A stretch of DNA of 64,000 nucleotides from Eledone cirrhosa (Eukaryota). Made by a program: the position numbers and the translations under genes. The notes under the pieces were generated by a model that was not told the DNA's origin, searched no databases, and saw nothing but the letters and a program-made list of their open reading frames with translations. Shown piece after piece: positions 1 through 14,367 of this stretch; within the stretch, counting starts at the first letter, position 1; each line of letters begins with the position of its first letter. Where the stretch lies: assembly GCA_964016885.1 (NCBI GenBank), contig OZ024742.1:181970001-182034000 (forward strand), written 5' to 3'.

Positions 1-270
1 TGACTTGCCGCCATCGTTCTATTTTCAGCTTTCCCCCAAAATGGTTATGGTATTTGGCGTATAACTTATAACACACACATCCACACACATACAAATACTC
101 ACACGCAATCACACCAATACACATGCACACCCACACGCACACAGACACGTGCAAAGACACACAGAGAAAAGCAGGCACATATAATCACACACACACTCAC
201 AAACCCAATCATTCAAAGATGTAGGTATATATTTTCACACACACACACACGCACACACACACACACACAC

Positions 271-348
<78 letters not shown>

Positions 349-444
349 ATATATATATATATACACACACAGATACATATATATACACACGCACGCACAC
401 AGGCATATATATATATATATATATACATATATATAAATATTTAG

Positions 445-573
<129 letters not shown>

Positions 574-1026
574 AATGCTTCAAGAAATATAACAGGGCAT
601 TGAAACAGCGTTCAACGCCCTACATAAAGCAGTTAAATCACCTTCACCTCCCTCTGGAATGTATTATATATATATATATATATATATGAATATACACATA
701 TACACATATATATATGAATATATATATATATATATGCGTATATTACATGTGTGCATACGTCCGTGTGTATATATATATATATTTGTGCGTGCGTGTGTAT
801 ATATGTTAAAGATTTCTGCCCTACAGTTAAGCTTTTACCGTTTCGATAGCAAATGAGGAATGATAGAAACATAATCGTGGGGCATGGAATACTTATAACA
901 ATATGTAGACCCTACTTTTCTTGATATACAGTATCAATTTGAATAAAGGTTTTAACTAATTACATCTCTATCAATCTACTAATCTCTCTCTCTCTCTCCC
1001 TCTCTCTCTCCCTCTCTCTTTCTCTC

Positions 1027-1062
<36 letters not shown>

Positions 1063-1063
<1 letters not shown>

Positions 1064-1197
1064 GTTATTCCGGGTTGAATCGGAGGTAACCACAGTAAGT
1101 AAGGTACTCAATACATAGCAGAGTATAAAAGTTTTAATATAGATGAGATTCTACAGGACTAGAACTGTTTCATTCTTTAGAAATCATCAGGAATCTA
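1063..1197 (-). mobile_element. 135-bp non-autonomous PLE-type element: one hammerhead plus 3' tail, between (TA)n tracts
   Basis: TA repeats on both sides; minus strand reads an HHR (1146-1196) followed by a tail containing ACTC-tgc-tat-gta-TT-GAGTAC (1104-1124). Confidence 0.7.
1146..1196 (-). ncRNA. Type I hammerhead ribozyme motif
   Basis: Minus strand: agattc CTGATGA tttc-taaa-gaat GAAA cag-ttctagtc-ctg TA gaatct; stem I agattc/gaatct, stem III cag/ctg. Confidence 0.8.
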
Positions 1198-1269
1198 TAT
1201 GTATATATATATATATATATATATACATCTAAATATATATTTATATATTATATATATATATATATGTAT

Positions 1270-1427
1270 AACAAAGAGGGTGTGATAAGATACGAGGTGG
1301 AACATAACGCACCAGAGTACTCGATACTTGGGGGGAGTTGAGTGGGTAATATGAAAAGGTTCCCGACTCCTACTAGCAGTTGAAACGGCCGGAGATCAGC
1401 CGTCGGCGTCCTGAATCTTTTTCACAT
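1270..1427. mobile_element. Mini-element related to the ends of the Naiad-like PLE (tail plus partial palindrome)
   Basis: Homologous to 14281-14420 (cataacgcaccagagtactc...gagtgggtaat; gaaacggc...gccgtcgg); TA-rich flanks. Confidence 0.8.
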
Positions 1428-1440
1428 ACATATACATACA

Positions 1441-1600
1441 TAAATCAACATATGTTGATTTAAAACTGTGCTATTCAGAAGTGTGTTTTAACCTTCATAT
1501 CATGTCTCCCTATTTTATCTGACGAAAACGCAAATGTTATTGCATGATGATATTTGTTTTTGAAATGCGCATAATAAAATACATGGAACTCTTTTAACAT
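1441..1600 (+). mobile_element. Short HHR-bearing element, same family as 22604-23017
   Basis: Aligns by eye to 22762-22912; starts with the 22-bp palindrome taaatcaacatatgttgattta. Confidence 0.75.
1511..1581 (+). ncRNA. Minimal type I hammerhead ribozyme motif (palindromic loop III)
   Basis: tattttat CTGACGA aaacgcaaatgttat-tgc-atgatgatatttgttttt GAAA T-GCGC-A TA ataaaata; 8-bp stem I. Confidence 0.85.
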
Positions 1601-1626
1601 ACATACATATATATATATATATATAG

Positions 1627-1659
<33 letters not shown>

Positions 1660-1674
1660 GTGTGTGTGTGTGTG

Positions 1675-1722
<48 letters not shown>

Positions 1723-2080
1723 CAAAGAAGATACGTCTAGCGTTACACTCGTAATAAGTTGCACATAAAAAAAAAATATATATATATATATATTTCTTAA
1801 ATTTCTTATTCGCCCTTGTATGTTTTCTTTTGATATAGTCGCTTCACATGTGTACCGTGTTTTGAGTTCCTTCTAATTTCAGTGGTCATCTCTGGTAGTG
1901 TTGAGCATGCCTGTGAGCGGTAGGGTCAAGTAAATATTTGATACAACTATACATAATAATTGTTTCTACATTTGACACAAGGCCAGCAAATATTCCAGTG
2001 CATTACTGATATTTTATTTTATCGACACCACATAATAATATTGTACCGATCTATCTCTCTCTCTATATATATATATATAT

Positions 2081-2234
2081 AACGGAGGTGTTGTGGTAAG
2101 GAACCAGATGGACCATAACGCACCAGAGTACTCAATACTTAGGGTAGTAGAGTGGGTAATATGCAAAGGTTCAGGACCCCAACTAGAAGTCGAAACGGCC
2201 GGAAATCAGCCGTCGGGGTCCTGAATTTTTTCAT
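2081..2234. mobile_element. Naiad-end mini-element
   Basis: Tail sequence matches 14281-14358, followed by a partial inverted half-HHR (gaaacggc...gccgtcggggtc). Confidence 0.8.
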
Positions 2235-2494
2235 AGAGAGACCTCTGTGTTTCTTTAACCCTGCCCAACAAGAAAATATAAAAAAAAATAAATCCAACAA
2301 GTGTAAACTCGACAAGTCACATCGCACAAAATGCAAAACCCACTAAAAAGCACGGTTTTACACATTGAAACAACCAAAGCCATCCACCAACGTATAAATA
2401 TTTATTTTAAAAAACTCTTTAATTACAAGCAACATAAACTACTCAATATACACCATACAAATAGAATTACACAAAAAAATAGCTAATGTGTACT

Positions 2495-2534
<40 letters not shown>

Positions 2535-2563
2535 GCACTATATATATACACACACACACACAC

Positions 2564-2662
<99 letters not shown>

Positions 2663-2791
2663 CACATATATATATATAATATAATATATATATATATATA
2701 TAAACATATAAATATATATATATATATGTATATATATATATCTATATATATATAGATATATATATATATATATATATATATAAACATATAA

Positions 2792-2823
<32 letters not shown>

Positions 2824-2824
2824 C

Positions 2825-2864
<40 letters not shown>

Positions 2865-2870
2865 TATATA

Positions 2871-3049
2871 CAGTGAAATTCCGTAACAAAATTCACGGGG
2901 TATAAAAAAATTCGTTGTAACGAGAAATTCTTTATAACGAGATCAACCGAAACCAATCGAGTGTTTGTTATTACCTCGCGTATTGAAAAAATGTTCGTTA
3001 TACTGAAAAATCATCATAATGGTATTCGTTATAACGGAATTTAAATTTT
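2871..3049. mobile_element. Tc1/mariner-pogo-type MITE remnant
   Basis: Imperfect terminal inverted repeats cagtgaaattccgtaac / gttataacggaatttaaattt, internal ttcgttataac-like repeats, TA flanks. Confidence 0.5.
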
Positions 3050-3269
3050 ATATATACTAAACATGTAATAAACGTTTGCTACCCTGTAATTCATAACCAA
3101 GGATTAACCCTAAAGCGAAATCGGAAAGAAAAATTAAAGCCCTAAAAATGATGATAGTAAAGAAACATAACAAATTAAAAAACACAATGATGAAAACTAA
3201 AACTTAAATTAAAACCTACCCACTACTCTCTCCCTCTTACTGTCCCTTCCCCGGTCTCTCTCACACACT

Positions 3270-3339
<70 letters not shown>

Positions 3340-3343
<4 letters not shown>

Positions 3344-3517
3344 AAAATGTTCAAGACCACGACGGCAGACCTCAAGCCGTCTCGATGATTATTTCCGGGG
3401 TCCAGAAATAGCCGTCGTGGTCTTGAACATTTTCCTATTACCCACTTTACTACCCTAAGTATTAAGTACTCTGGTGCGTTATGGTTCACCTGGTTCCTTA
3501 CCACACTTCCTTCGTTA
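3340..3517. mobile_element. Naiad-end mini-element (palindrome plus tail)
   Basis: aggaaaatgttcaagaccacgacggc ... gccgtcgtggtcttgaacattttccta, then the tail; (TA)n on both sides. Confidence 0.85.
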
Positions 3518-3540
3518 TATATATATATATATATATAAAT

Positions 3541-3735
3541 GAGGATGAATTCAGTTAGAAACTGGTTATCCCATTACTCACCAGAGTACTCGATACTTGC
3601 GGTAGTAGAGTATGGTTATATGAAAGAGTCGGGACAACGACGGCTGAGCTCTTGCCGTTTCAAAAGCTAGTTCAAGAGACCAGAACTAGCTTTTGAAACG
3701 GCAAGAGCCCAGCTGTCGGGGTCCCGACTTTTTCG

Positions 3736-3737
<2 letters not shown>
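3541..3737. mobile_element. Naiad-end mini-element, variant subfamily
   Basis: Tail with gtactcgatact...agtagagt, then palindrome aaagagtcggga...tcccgactttt; TA flanks. Confidence 0.75.
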
Positions 3738-3792
<55 letters not shown>

Positions 3793-4223
3793 CTGTGTGC
3801 GCGTGTGTGTGTGTGTCTGTGTGTATCTGTGTGTGCCGTGTGTGTGTGTGTGTGTGTGTACACCAACCATAATTTATTTTATATTGAAGAATAGTAGTTA
3901 CGTGATATAACATTTTCACATAGTGGCTCATCAGAAATGATTGTAATACATAATACATTACTTCCATCTACTCTCCATGCAGTGTTCTGCTTCAGCTAAT
4001 GTTTACAATCTATATAACGTCAAATTACTAGTCAAAAGAAAACAGGCGAAATAAATGTCTGGAATTATACCCCGAGTGTAGTGGGGGAAGTAAAAAGAAA
4101 ATGAAAAGGAGAAATATAAAGAAAGATCAGGCAACTATCATATGTTTCACGTTAATTATAATATCACACGCCTGCGTGATTATATGTCCATATATGTACA
4201 TATCATATTTGTACGCATATATA

Positions 4224-4415
4224 TAGGGAAGAGAGTCAGGATCCCCGACGGCTGAGCTCCGGCCGTTTCGACAGCGTTCGGATCTAGCTGTCGAAACGGC
4301 CGGAGCTCAGCCGTCGGGGGCCCTGACTCTCTTCCCTTTTACCCACTCTATTACCTGAGTATCGAGTACTCTGGTGCAGTATAGTTCACCTGGTTTCTTA
4401 CCATACATTTTTGTT
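4224..4415. mobile_element. Naiad-end mini-element (palindrome plus tail)
   Basis: agggaagagagtcagg...gtttcgacagc / gctgtcgaaac...cctgactctcttccct, then the tail; TA flanks. Confidence 0.85.
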
Positions 4416-5702
4416 ATATATATATATTAGATAGTGAACGATTTTGTATTACTACATAAATATGGTTAAAGTTATACGTTTATATATAGATTTAAATATA
4501 TTGATTGAAAATTAGATAATTAGAAAATTAGATATATAGATAGGTACCTGGATAGACACATAGATGGGTAGGTTAATAGATGGAAACATTTGGGTAGAAG
4601 CATATATATATATATATTAGAAAGTGAGGTTTTTTTTACAAAATGAAAAATAATCATATTAGATGTTTAGTAATGATTAATACGAAATGCACTTAAACCG
4701 AATTCTATATTATAAATTCACTTAAATAATTATCTTGTCGTCTTGAGTTCGTTATGAATCTCTTTTTTATAAAAGGATGCCACAGAGCGTACGATAGATA
4801 ATGATTACAATATTTTTGAGCAACAACTCTAGCCCCACACTTTTGAAGGTTTATTATAACATTCTGTGGCTCTTTTGAGCTTGCGCATTTTTCAGGTCTA
4901 GTTTAATATTTTTCTAAGGCAACGCTTGTAATAACTCTAGTTAAACATGATATATATTAATAATAAATTATCGTTGTAATGTAATTAGATTATATAATTG
5001 TTATTTTATAAATGATCTTATAAATATTATTGAAAGATGTATAAAAATATTTTCAGACTTTTAATATAAACAACTACAAAAAACAATCAATATTAAATAA
5101 ATATATTTTACATAATAATTGTTATAGTTGAATTAATAAAAATTAAATATTACATACAAATAGTCTAACATAATAATAAAAAAAATCTAACATAATAATA
5201 ATAATATAACATAAAACGAACAATAATATGGACAAATATACAAGTAAATATGATACAACCAATATTATAAGCATGTTATAACGAACTGAAAAAAAAATCG
5301 TTAATATAAATTTTAAAAATCATATATAAATGAACAATATAACTTACCAAAACGAGAAAAATATTTTGATGATAAACGACGAAATACAGGAGGAAGATTC
5401 GAAAGCGAAACGATAAATAAACGTGCAAACAAAGTGGCGGATGCTTTTGAGCAACAATTACTCTCATTGGTTGATTAGCCAATACGACGATCAAATTAGC
5501 CAGTAAGACGATACATTACAAAAGATGTTTGGCAGGGATCACCACGGCCAGCGAAACCCCTTGAATTTTCTATTCACAAGCTACGCATATATGTCAGACA
5601 TGCAGACTTAAAACATTCTGTTGTTAGTCACTGCGTGTCTAACAGATATCTCACACACACACTATCTCTTTCTCTCTGTACACACACACACACACACACA
5701 CA

Positions 5703-5742
<40 letters not shown>

Positions 5743-5899
5743 TACATATATGAAAAGTAAACGACATACCATGAATGACAATTCGGGTGTAGTCCTTCAT
5801 CAATGAGACATTAAAGAAGAAAATGAAAGATAGATCAGAAATAGCAGGGGTAGAAACGAAATGCATTCTTCAAGAAAAATCAGGTCTGTTCATTTGAAG

Positions 5900-6432
5900 T
5901 ATATACCCGTCCACTATCTCCAAAATATTTATTTCTAAGCTAGCACATTTCATTACCAAATTCTTCAATGTGTCTCACTCTAAGAAGGGCTAACCCCTAT
6001 TATGGAAATACCTGGCAAAGTACCCACCAAATGACCATGTCTTATGTCTATCAATTACCGAGGTTCTTCTTTGAGGACGGTGCCAAGATAAAAAAAAAAT
6101 GAATTTTTATAAGTTCAGATCAGAGAATTCTTAAGTGATAGGAGTTTTGATGTAGCTGAGTGAAAACTTTCTAAATGTGTCTGCCAAGGTTTGAGGGGAA
6201 AATCACAAGGCGGAAAACTCTACTGAAATGTTTGGGGACTTTAAGTCTTATCAAACCATCGAATGATCATTCCCGGGCTCTCACATGTGTTTCGTTTTTC
6301 TTCTGGAAACCAAGTGTGTGAAAGTGATGACTATACTGACTATTTTCATGAAGATATTTCTACAACAAAAAATCATTACCGAGGAAACTGAAGCCCCAGT
6401 ATTGTCCTGGACTACTTCTAGAATCTAAAGTG
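5900..6432 (+). pseudogene. Highly decayed DDE-type DNA transposase C-terminus
   Basis: ~6280-6430 translates SHVFRFSSGNQVCESDDYTDYFHEDISTTKNHYRGN*SPSIVLDYF*NLK, resembling the invertebrate transposase motif SHLDFF..N...SDE.GERFHQDISTMEKRYQGKWSPSMLADYCWTLK (recalled, not searched); superfamily not assigned. Confidence 0.55.
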
Positions 6433-6652
6433 ATACATTTCTGAGGCAAAAAGTACAGAAAATCTAAAATACTTCCAAACTATAGGTCTGTTGATCGAGT
6501 TTTGATATATGTATTCTTGTACGGACGTTAACAAATTTGATTATACGCCACGCAAATATCTGACCTGGTAGATAAATATTTTCAACTTATTTAGAGTGAG
6601 CACAAAAAATACTGTAAATATCAGGTGTTTTCATTATTAACAAATAAAATAT

Positions 6653-6840
6653 GGGGGTGGATTGGCAGTATCGGTAGAGAGTCGGACACCATACTTTGAG
6701 TTCAAATCCCGCCGAGGTTAACTTAGCCTTTCATCCTTACGGAGTCGATAAAATAAAGCACCAGCAACGCAATGGGGGCGATTTAATCGACTGTCCACTC
6801 CATCCAAATTACTGGCCTTGTTTCTATACTAGAAATCAGT
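6653..6840 (+). mobile_element. tRNA-derived SINE (family A)
   Basis: ggattggcag A-box-like and gagttcaaatccc B-box-like motifs; body gcctttcatcc...gtcgataaaataaag; flanked by a probable TSD attaacaaataaaat. Confidence 0.8.
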
Positions 6841-7640
6841 ATTAACAAATAAAATGTGTGTGCTCATGTCAAAAGCAAAACTAATCCGTTTGTCACAATC
6901 GTCAAGGGTGAATGTCCGACTAATTCAGCATGATCTAAAAATAGAGGTTTTTAAGAGTCTTGGATTTTTATGTAAATAGTACTGCTGGGCACTGTGAAGA
7001 AAATGGAGCCCAATATGATAAAAGAAGCGTTGCATTTAAAATATTGGAATAGATAGTCTTAAGACATTGCCATTTGATGATTACATCGCCATGTATTTCC
7101 ATAACATAGGGTAGATTGTCTTATTGGTGACGAATGTGCTAGCTTAGAGGTGAACAGTTTGACGGCAATGTGGGCAATGTGTGTGTGTGGGGGGGGGGGG
7201 GGGGTATATACTTCAAATGAATGACCATATTGTGTTTGCAATTGTCGATTCTGTGCATGTAGTGTTGAAACAGAATAGATCGATAATAGCAGTTCAGGAG
7301 AGATTTGTTATATATGTACAATGTGGAATATGAATAGATATATACAGCAATGGTGGTTTTATGTACGGGTCTGCTACTTGTCCGAGGGCAGCTAATTATA
7401 TGCCTCGGTATTTGTTGTTGTTCACTACTTTCTGAGTTCAAATCCAATTAATGTCAACTTCATCATGTCGCAGTGGATTAATAAGTACCCTCTTTCTTTC
7501 TTTATTTTTTCCTTCTTTCTTTCTTTGGGAGAAATTGTTTGTGTTCAGACCTGGTGAGGGATGGGTTTAGCCAGGTTTAAAATCTCCAAGTCACAGGTGG
7601 GTCTCCCTACAACTCCGTCAAGGCCCTTTACCTTTTTTTT

Positions 7641-7715
7641 AACGAGGGTCGGCTGAATAGTTCCTAGGCTGACCAAAATACTCTCAAATGAGGTTTATTT
7701 TTCAACATAGTCCCT
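7641..7715. mobile_element. Possible mariner-like terminal repeat remnant
   Basis: acgagggtcggctgaatagttc resembles mariner TIRs; no partner TIR found. Confidence 0.3.
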
Positions 7716-8716
7716 AGAAAGAAAAAAATGCTGTTATTAATAAGTAAAGTTGAAATTAATGTATGCAAGATTTCACAGCGCTAGCATCAATCTTTCATAG
7801 TCAATCTATATACCTTTCAGCCGATCCCCGTACTACTTACACAGTCATAATAACTGAAGGTGTACTTGATCCAGAGGACTTTTCAGTATCGCACTTGTTG
7901 TTTAACTCCATGTCAGCACTTATGGATGGACTTATGATTAAAGGCGATCCAGCGCGATGACCACCGCATATTTGTAGAGGGATAACTAGGACTATATGAT
8001 CAAATGTGGCTATATTTTCAATTTGTGACGGTATAATTTGAGAGAGTTCTTGCTGTTATTTCTAAGACGTTGGGTGATCAAATAGACTGCTTATTGTAAG
8101 GACTTCAAATGAAGAAAGATGACTGTCCTCCATACAAGACGAATAGAGTAAAACAGTTGGGAATCACTGATGGAGTTTGAAGAGCGGAACAAAGATTAGA
8201 CTGATTTAGATGAATAGAGTGGGTGGTGAGAGAAGAAGGAGGTAGAGAGAGGAGGGGTTAGAGTAATATAGGGTAGATAGAGGACGAGAGAGAAAGGAGA
8301 GAGACGAGAGGAGGGAGGAGAGAGAGGCAGAGTAAGAGATAGGAATATAGAGAGGTAGCGTGAGAGTTAGAAGGAGATGGAAAGAAATGGAAAGTGGAAA
8401 GGTGAGAGAGAGGGAGAGAAGGCGGTTTTGAGTCTGAGTAATTGGAAGTCATTTGCCATTGACATGAAGGTGAGAGACGTGTGTAGTGAGAGGAGTGAGG
8501 AGACTACAAGTGTTGCAGTATATACACTCTGCATCGTTTACTGAAACAACCCCACTATATTATTGATAGTTAGTTTATCGACCCTGAAAAAAATAACAGA
8601 TAAAGTCAACACTCATGAGATTTTAACATAAGGAATATTGGAGTGAATAACATAAATTTTTCTCTCTGTTTTCCCCATTACCTTTGGAAGTGTATGTATC
8701 TTTAGAAGTGTATGTA

Positions 8717-9190
8717 TAACTTCTGATGCAGTCGTAGGGGTGCCGTATTGACATACGGATTTTGGCGGCATTTTAAGCATAGCGAAGCCCATTCCTCTCC
8801 AGGCTTAAGTACAGCAGATTTCTTCCAGAGAAAGATAGAAAGTGAGTGAGAGGAAGTGATAAAGAGATATAGAGGAAAAATCAACCCCACTTTTTTTATC
8901 GACCTCGAAAGGATGAAAGGCAAAGTTGACTTCGGCAGGCTTTGAACTCAGAGAGCAGAGAGCCGGAACGAATACCATAAAGCATTCTATCCGACGTTCT
9001 AACGAGTCAGCCAAATGCGACCCATAACTTCTGATGGTGTCTTATGGGCGCCGTAGTGATACGACGTGACCCAGGCATTTTAAATTTAGCGTAACCTATT
9101 TTTCTCCAAGTTTGAACACAGTCGACTTTTTCCAGATAATGAGAGAACGGGAGAGGAGGAGGGAAAGAGAGAGAGGGAGGGAGAGAGAGT

Positions 9191-9243
<53 letters not shown>

Positions 9244-9400
9244 GAGGAAAAATCAGCCTCAGAACTTGACAAGTACTTTTAATAGATCACAAAAAATGAA
9301 ATTGACGATCTCCGTGGAATTTGAACTCAGTGGGCAGAGACTCAGAATGAATACAACCTAACATTCTATCGAACGTTCTATCTATTCTGCCAATTCTTCA
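8717..9400 (-). repeat. Two tandem diverged copies of a composite repeat (unknown ~130-bp module, purine tract, SINE A head); third copy at ~19335-19590
   Basis: aacttctgatg...gccgt...ggcatttt...ttctcca.g recurs at 8718, 9027 and 19336, each followed by tttgaactcag-type SINE sequence. Confidence 0.55.
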
Positions 9401-12065
9401 ACTTATTAGCAGCCTTAGGTTGAGATAATTATTGATTTCTTCATTATTGAAAAGAAAAAAAATACCTTTGGGACAAAAAAAAATAAGGAAAAGATATAGT
9501 GAAAAATGAAAATATTGAACACTCATCAATTAGATGGCAGGTGAGAACTGACTAATGAGTTAAAGAAAGGTGATGCAATGAATAGTAAATGTCAACATTG
9601 GGCAGGAACAACAATAAAATAGACGAGAAATTGCCAATTAGTGACAAGAATAAATTTGAAAGAAGATAAAAAATATTTACAAATGTAATTGAAGGACATA
9701 ATGATAAATTAGAATTTCATATAAAATTAAGATTGAAACAATTATACCGTAAGTCATATATAATAGAAAATATATATGGAGAAGAAAAATATATAAAATG
9801 ATCTAATTACATTTATGTATTATTAATACACCCTTCAAAACTTGTTTATGGCGTCTTTTGTATATTTTAATTAATCTAATTTTTGTTTGTTTATTAATAA
9901 TAATGATTTCTATAATTAGCTGAAAGTTTGATGTTAACAGTCGACTATATTGAACTTGGAACTTAGCTGGTACTGATTTTATCGAAGTCAAAAATATGAA
10001 AGGCAAAATCAGAATAGAAAGAAACTTAACTAATTACCACTTCTTTAATTATGTTAAGGAATTAGCGCACCAGGGGACATTTCCCTTCGTTTATAGCTCT
10101 CTCCAATAGGCATAGATGAAGCTTACTTGCGGAACCTGGCTAAAATTGTCACCGGTGACCTTGCGTATTATTTATGGTAGCAAGAAAAATCAATCTGGGG
10201 CCCGTTAAACAGTAAGGTTTTAGCTACAGACGAACCAGCTGCCCTTTTAAACCCACTACTGAATAGGAAATATAAATCTGACTCCGTAAATGATGTCTGT
10301 GTCAGCACAATATTTCAGACAGCAGTATGCAAGTATAATCTCCAAATAAAGACTTTGCTTGAAATACCAAGAAGTCACTTCGACTTTCTATGAATAAAAC
10401 ATAAATGGACAGAAACCGATCATCAGACTAAACCCTGGAAACAATGCTTCCATTAGCATTTCAAATTCTGATGTTATCAGCCGATTGCAATTCCTGGAAG
10501 AATGAGGCGAGATTTGAACGCAGAACGCATAGATGCCGATAGGCATTCTGATACACACTTTAACAATTCATCCCACGCACCATTAACAGAACTGATACAA
10601 TATCGACTACGAAATGATGAAAGGCAAAGTTGATATTCGTGAGATTTGAAATCAGAACACAGCGAACCGTAATAAAACTTTACTTGAAACATCAAGAAGT
10701 TTCTTCGCTTCCCCTACGGCATCAGTAACTTATAGGTTTGTCAGGTAGAACAGAAAAACGAACAAACAAAAAATAAATGTCAGCGTTCAATTAAATACGG
10801 ACAACTTAAAAAGTTGATATCACAGATTGTTGTTTTCATTTTTATAATTTAGTTTGCTGGAGACGAAATTAGTTCATTTTCCTGTGGCACTGAATCTATT
10901 TAGTAACGGTGTCATATAAAGTAATTTATGCAGGAATTTTCAACATAATTTAATTTATACATTAATTTGAAATATAATTAAACATTTTCGATAATTTTCA
11001 CCGTTATCATTCCAAATATTCTGTCTATTTTCTTTTGTTTATTTTTTCTTCCTAACTAATGATATTTTCCATGTCATACAGGAAATCTTCCATAGGGCGT
11101 CTCCATAGAATTATTCGTTTTGCTTATTTTTCTTATTGTTCTTTCACAAAATAGTTATCTCCGTGTCTTTCTTTCTATCTTTCATTTTCTCATGACTAAT
11201 TGTTCCCGCTAGTTTCTGTTGTTGTTTAACACCTGGCACGTGACCTAGTACCCCTAATCACGAAGTCGTAGGTTCGATTCCTAAAATGGATGGTTCGTTT
11301 TATTATTGGAAAATAGAAATTATTTCTCACTGCTCCTTCTTCAAGGAGTTGCAATCGGCAGATACTATCAGAAATGGAACGACCAGCGAAGACATTGAGT
11401 TCTTGTTTTGGTATGACGATCTTCTTCATTCATGTTTAACGTCAGGTCAGCTCTGATAAAGGTGACATAACTATGATAGAAGAGCACACCAGCCAAAACA
11501 AATGCCATACCTTTTTTCCGGAATAATGTTCAATTTCCAGAATATTAGCGGACTTTGATCGACTTCGGAAAGTCAGTGTCGATTTCAAAAGGATTCAAAA
11601 TCTAAACATAAAGTACGCAAATAAATGCATCAAGGTTTTTTTGTCAGATACTTTAATTAATTTGTCAGTACTAAGAGGGAAGGAGTGGATAAGTTGACAC
11701 ATAGAACGGAATTGAAATGATATTGTTGGGAACAGAAAAAGTATACATTGTAATGGTGTAGTTGGATTTATTGTTGGTTAGCTACAATTCAGCCCTGTGA
11801 CCAGTTCAGACCTGTGACCAAGGGTATTGAGACGGGATAAATTAAATCATTTCAGATTTCAGACATTGTGTATCTAGAATTACATTTTTTTCTTTTATCA
11901 TTTTCAAGCAGGTTGAGATTGAGAGATTGGTTGCTATTTCTATCATGTCGAGCGACTAAATAAGCTTTATAAAATCTTCATTCGTAGCTTGTTAATCGAT
12001 CTGCTTCAGTTACGAATTTAAGTGCTTTCTGACAGCGGAAGAGCTTGCTTATGAAAGTAATGTGT

Positions 12066-12117
<52 letters not shown>

Positions 12118-12118
<1 letters not shown>

Positions 12119-12270
12119 TAGCTGAGGTACCCAGCCTAGCAAAGGTTAACAAATGATAAGAGAAGACCGGTAGAAGATAAAACATCTGTATTGAATGCAA
12201 TGTCTTGTTTACAGTGTGTGTGTATTGTGTGTGTGTGTATGTGTGTATATATGTGTGTGTGCATGCCTGT

Positions 12271-12321
<51 letters not shown>

Positions 12322-13710
12322 CCACCGTTGGAATCGGAGACATAGGCCGCGAAACACGATCATCACTGACAACGAACTCGCAGAGAGAATGCGTTATGGT
12401 TAATTCCCAACCTGCTAGAAATAGCAGTCAGGTTGGTTAGCATACATGGTATGTCTTTCTTCTTCTTTTGTGTTATAAAATTAGTATCAATAAACTTTCC
12501 TGGATATATTCTTATCCCAATCCTGTACATACTTTCGATTGTCACTTTTTTTTTTTTTCGTGCGATACGCGAAGGAACCAACCAACAAACATCTCTCTTT
12601 TATATCTCTTTCATTTGTTCATTCAAAATATTTTTCAGCTAATTCTGTCGTACAATATACATCAGCAATCGTTATCTAATGTTTAAAACATATGAATAGC
12701 TGCGATATATGCACAATATCAACCAAAAACGATATGAGAATTGAATACCATACTAAGTAAGCTTGTAAGAACCTGCAAATAGAAATATTAATAAATACAA
12801 CATTTGGCTTGGGTAAACTTTAAGATGTTCTTTCATTGTAGGTTTCTTTTCTCAGCCAGTACGTTAAAGAAAATTGATAGTTACAACAATAAAGGTTGAA
12901 CAGAGAACAACTTTTTTAACAAACTTTACAATAATTTGTACAACCATAATGGAAATTCCAAGTAACAGAAAATACATAAATTACATTGTTAGAGCCTGAG
13001 AGTATACAATATTTTTTGTTCGGCCCTCGGGAGCAAAGATGAAGAGATTGTTTGGCGAGCTCACTCTAGAGCATCCTACATACAATTGACCATGGTTTTC
13101 CCAGATGAAGGCCAGCCACTCTTAGGGTTTGACCCTGAGCTTTGTTGATGGTAATCGCGAAGTTTAGTCTCTCTGTTGCTCTAGTAACGTTTTTTCTTCT
13201 GGAAAATCTGATCTTGCGGCCAGGCTAGGACTTTTTGGGTGGCATATCGGCATTAACAATGACGATAAGCCTTCTGTGCTTTCGTGAAATAAATACGTTT
13301 GTTTATATTTTATTTTTGTATATGCAAAAATATCTCCACAGAAATAATATAATTATATATATATTAAAATAACAGATTAAAGTTTAAGCAAAGAATCACT
13401 GCTTTCACCCTTAACGGGATCTTCTGAAACTAAAAAAACGTTGCAACCGAAAGCAAACAGGAAGATAATACTTTGGTTCGCGAAGACGTTCGGAATGTCG
13501 TATAACCGGAAGTGCTGACATTTGAAAATGTTAAAGAAGTGAATATTTAAATAATGTCTTTAATCTTTTAACAAAATTCAGTAGACAAAATACCCTTACT
13601 TTCTTACTTGGAAAAAGTTACATATGGTGCAAATTTGGTGCCATTTGGTCCAGCTGTTTGGCGGAAAGTTTGTTACTTACGTAGGGCCGTCAGCTTTATA
13701 GTATATATAT
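12118..13710 (-). mobile_element. Non-autonomous Helitron
   Basis: Minus-strand 3' end: imperfect hairpin followed by ...cctcagCTAG|t at 12118-12150; minus-strand 5' end atatatactataaagctg near 13710, typical of metazoan Helitron starts. Confidence 0.55.
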
Positions 13711-13865
13711 CTATCTATCTAAGGCGGGTAAAATTACCGAGATCCATGAACGAGTTCTCTCCAGCGGTCTCTGTCCCTCATTATCGCTGCCATGTCCTGC
13801 GTCTCCAACAGACCAGTGTCTGTCCTTAGGGCATCAACATACGTTAACCTTGTCTTCCTCTTCTA
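13711..13865 (-). mobile_element. 3' fragment of an RTE-clade LINE with (TAGA)n tail
   Basis: Minus-strand translation KRKTRLTYVDALRTDTGLLETQDMAAIMRDRDRWRELVHGSR*, an RTE-type C-terminus (DR..WR), followed by tagatagatag. Confidence 0.65.
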
Positions 13866-14010
13866 GAACCAGATAAAACTAATTAGACAATTGCTCAACA
13901 GAGAACTCAATACTTGTGATAATATAGTATGGGTATATTATAAAGAGTCGGGGCCGGTCGGCTGAGCTCTTGCAATGGCAAGAGCTCAGCCGCGACTCTT
14001 TATATTATAT
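13866..14010. mobile_element. Degenerate Naiad-end mini-element
   Basis: gagaactcaatact tail, then palindrome tataaagagtcg...gagctcttgc-aatg-gcaagagctc...cgactctttata. Confidence 0.6.
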
Positions 14011-14234
14011 ATATTTTTTATTATTATTATAAACTGTTTACGTTTGAGTAAAACCCGTCGCCCTTCCACCTGTTAATCTTTCATCCTGGCCACCAAGCAT
14101 TTTTCTTGAGGGGAAGCACATATATTGCGGGTGGGTGAAAAAATATTTTTCTTATTGCGAGAGTATCCCTCTGATGATGATCGACTTCTCCCAGTTTAAA
14201 TTGTCTTGATTAGTTCAGATAATTTGTATCGGTC

Positions 14235-14282
<48 letters not shown>

Positions 14283-14367
14283 CAAAAGAATTGTGGTAAG
14301 GTAGCAGATGGACCATAACGCACCAGAGTACTCAATACTTAGGGTTGTAGAGTGGGAAATAGAAAAA

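Noticed and set aside
11226-11300. Possible tRNA gene (gtaggttcgattcc)
   Set aside because: Only a B-box-like motif; no cloverleaf could be built, so probably a decayed SINE head.
14165-14230. CTGATGA at ~14171 (and similarly at ~30406) as a hammerhead core
   Set aside because: No properly placed GAAA...UH or closing stems downstream.
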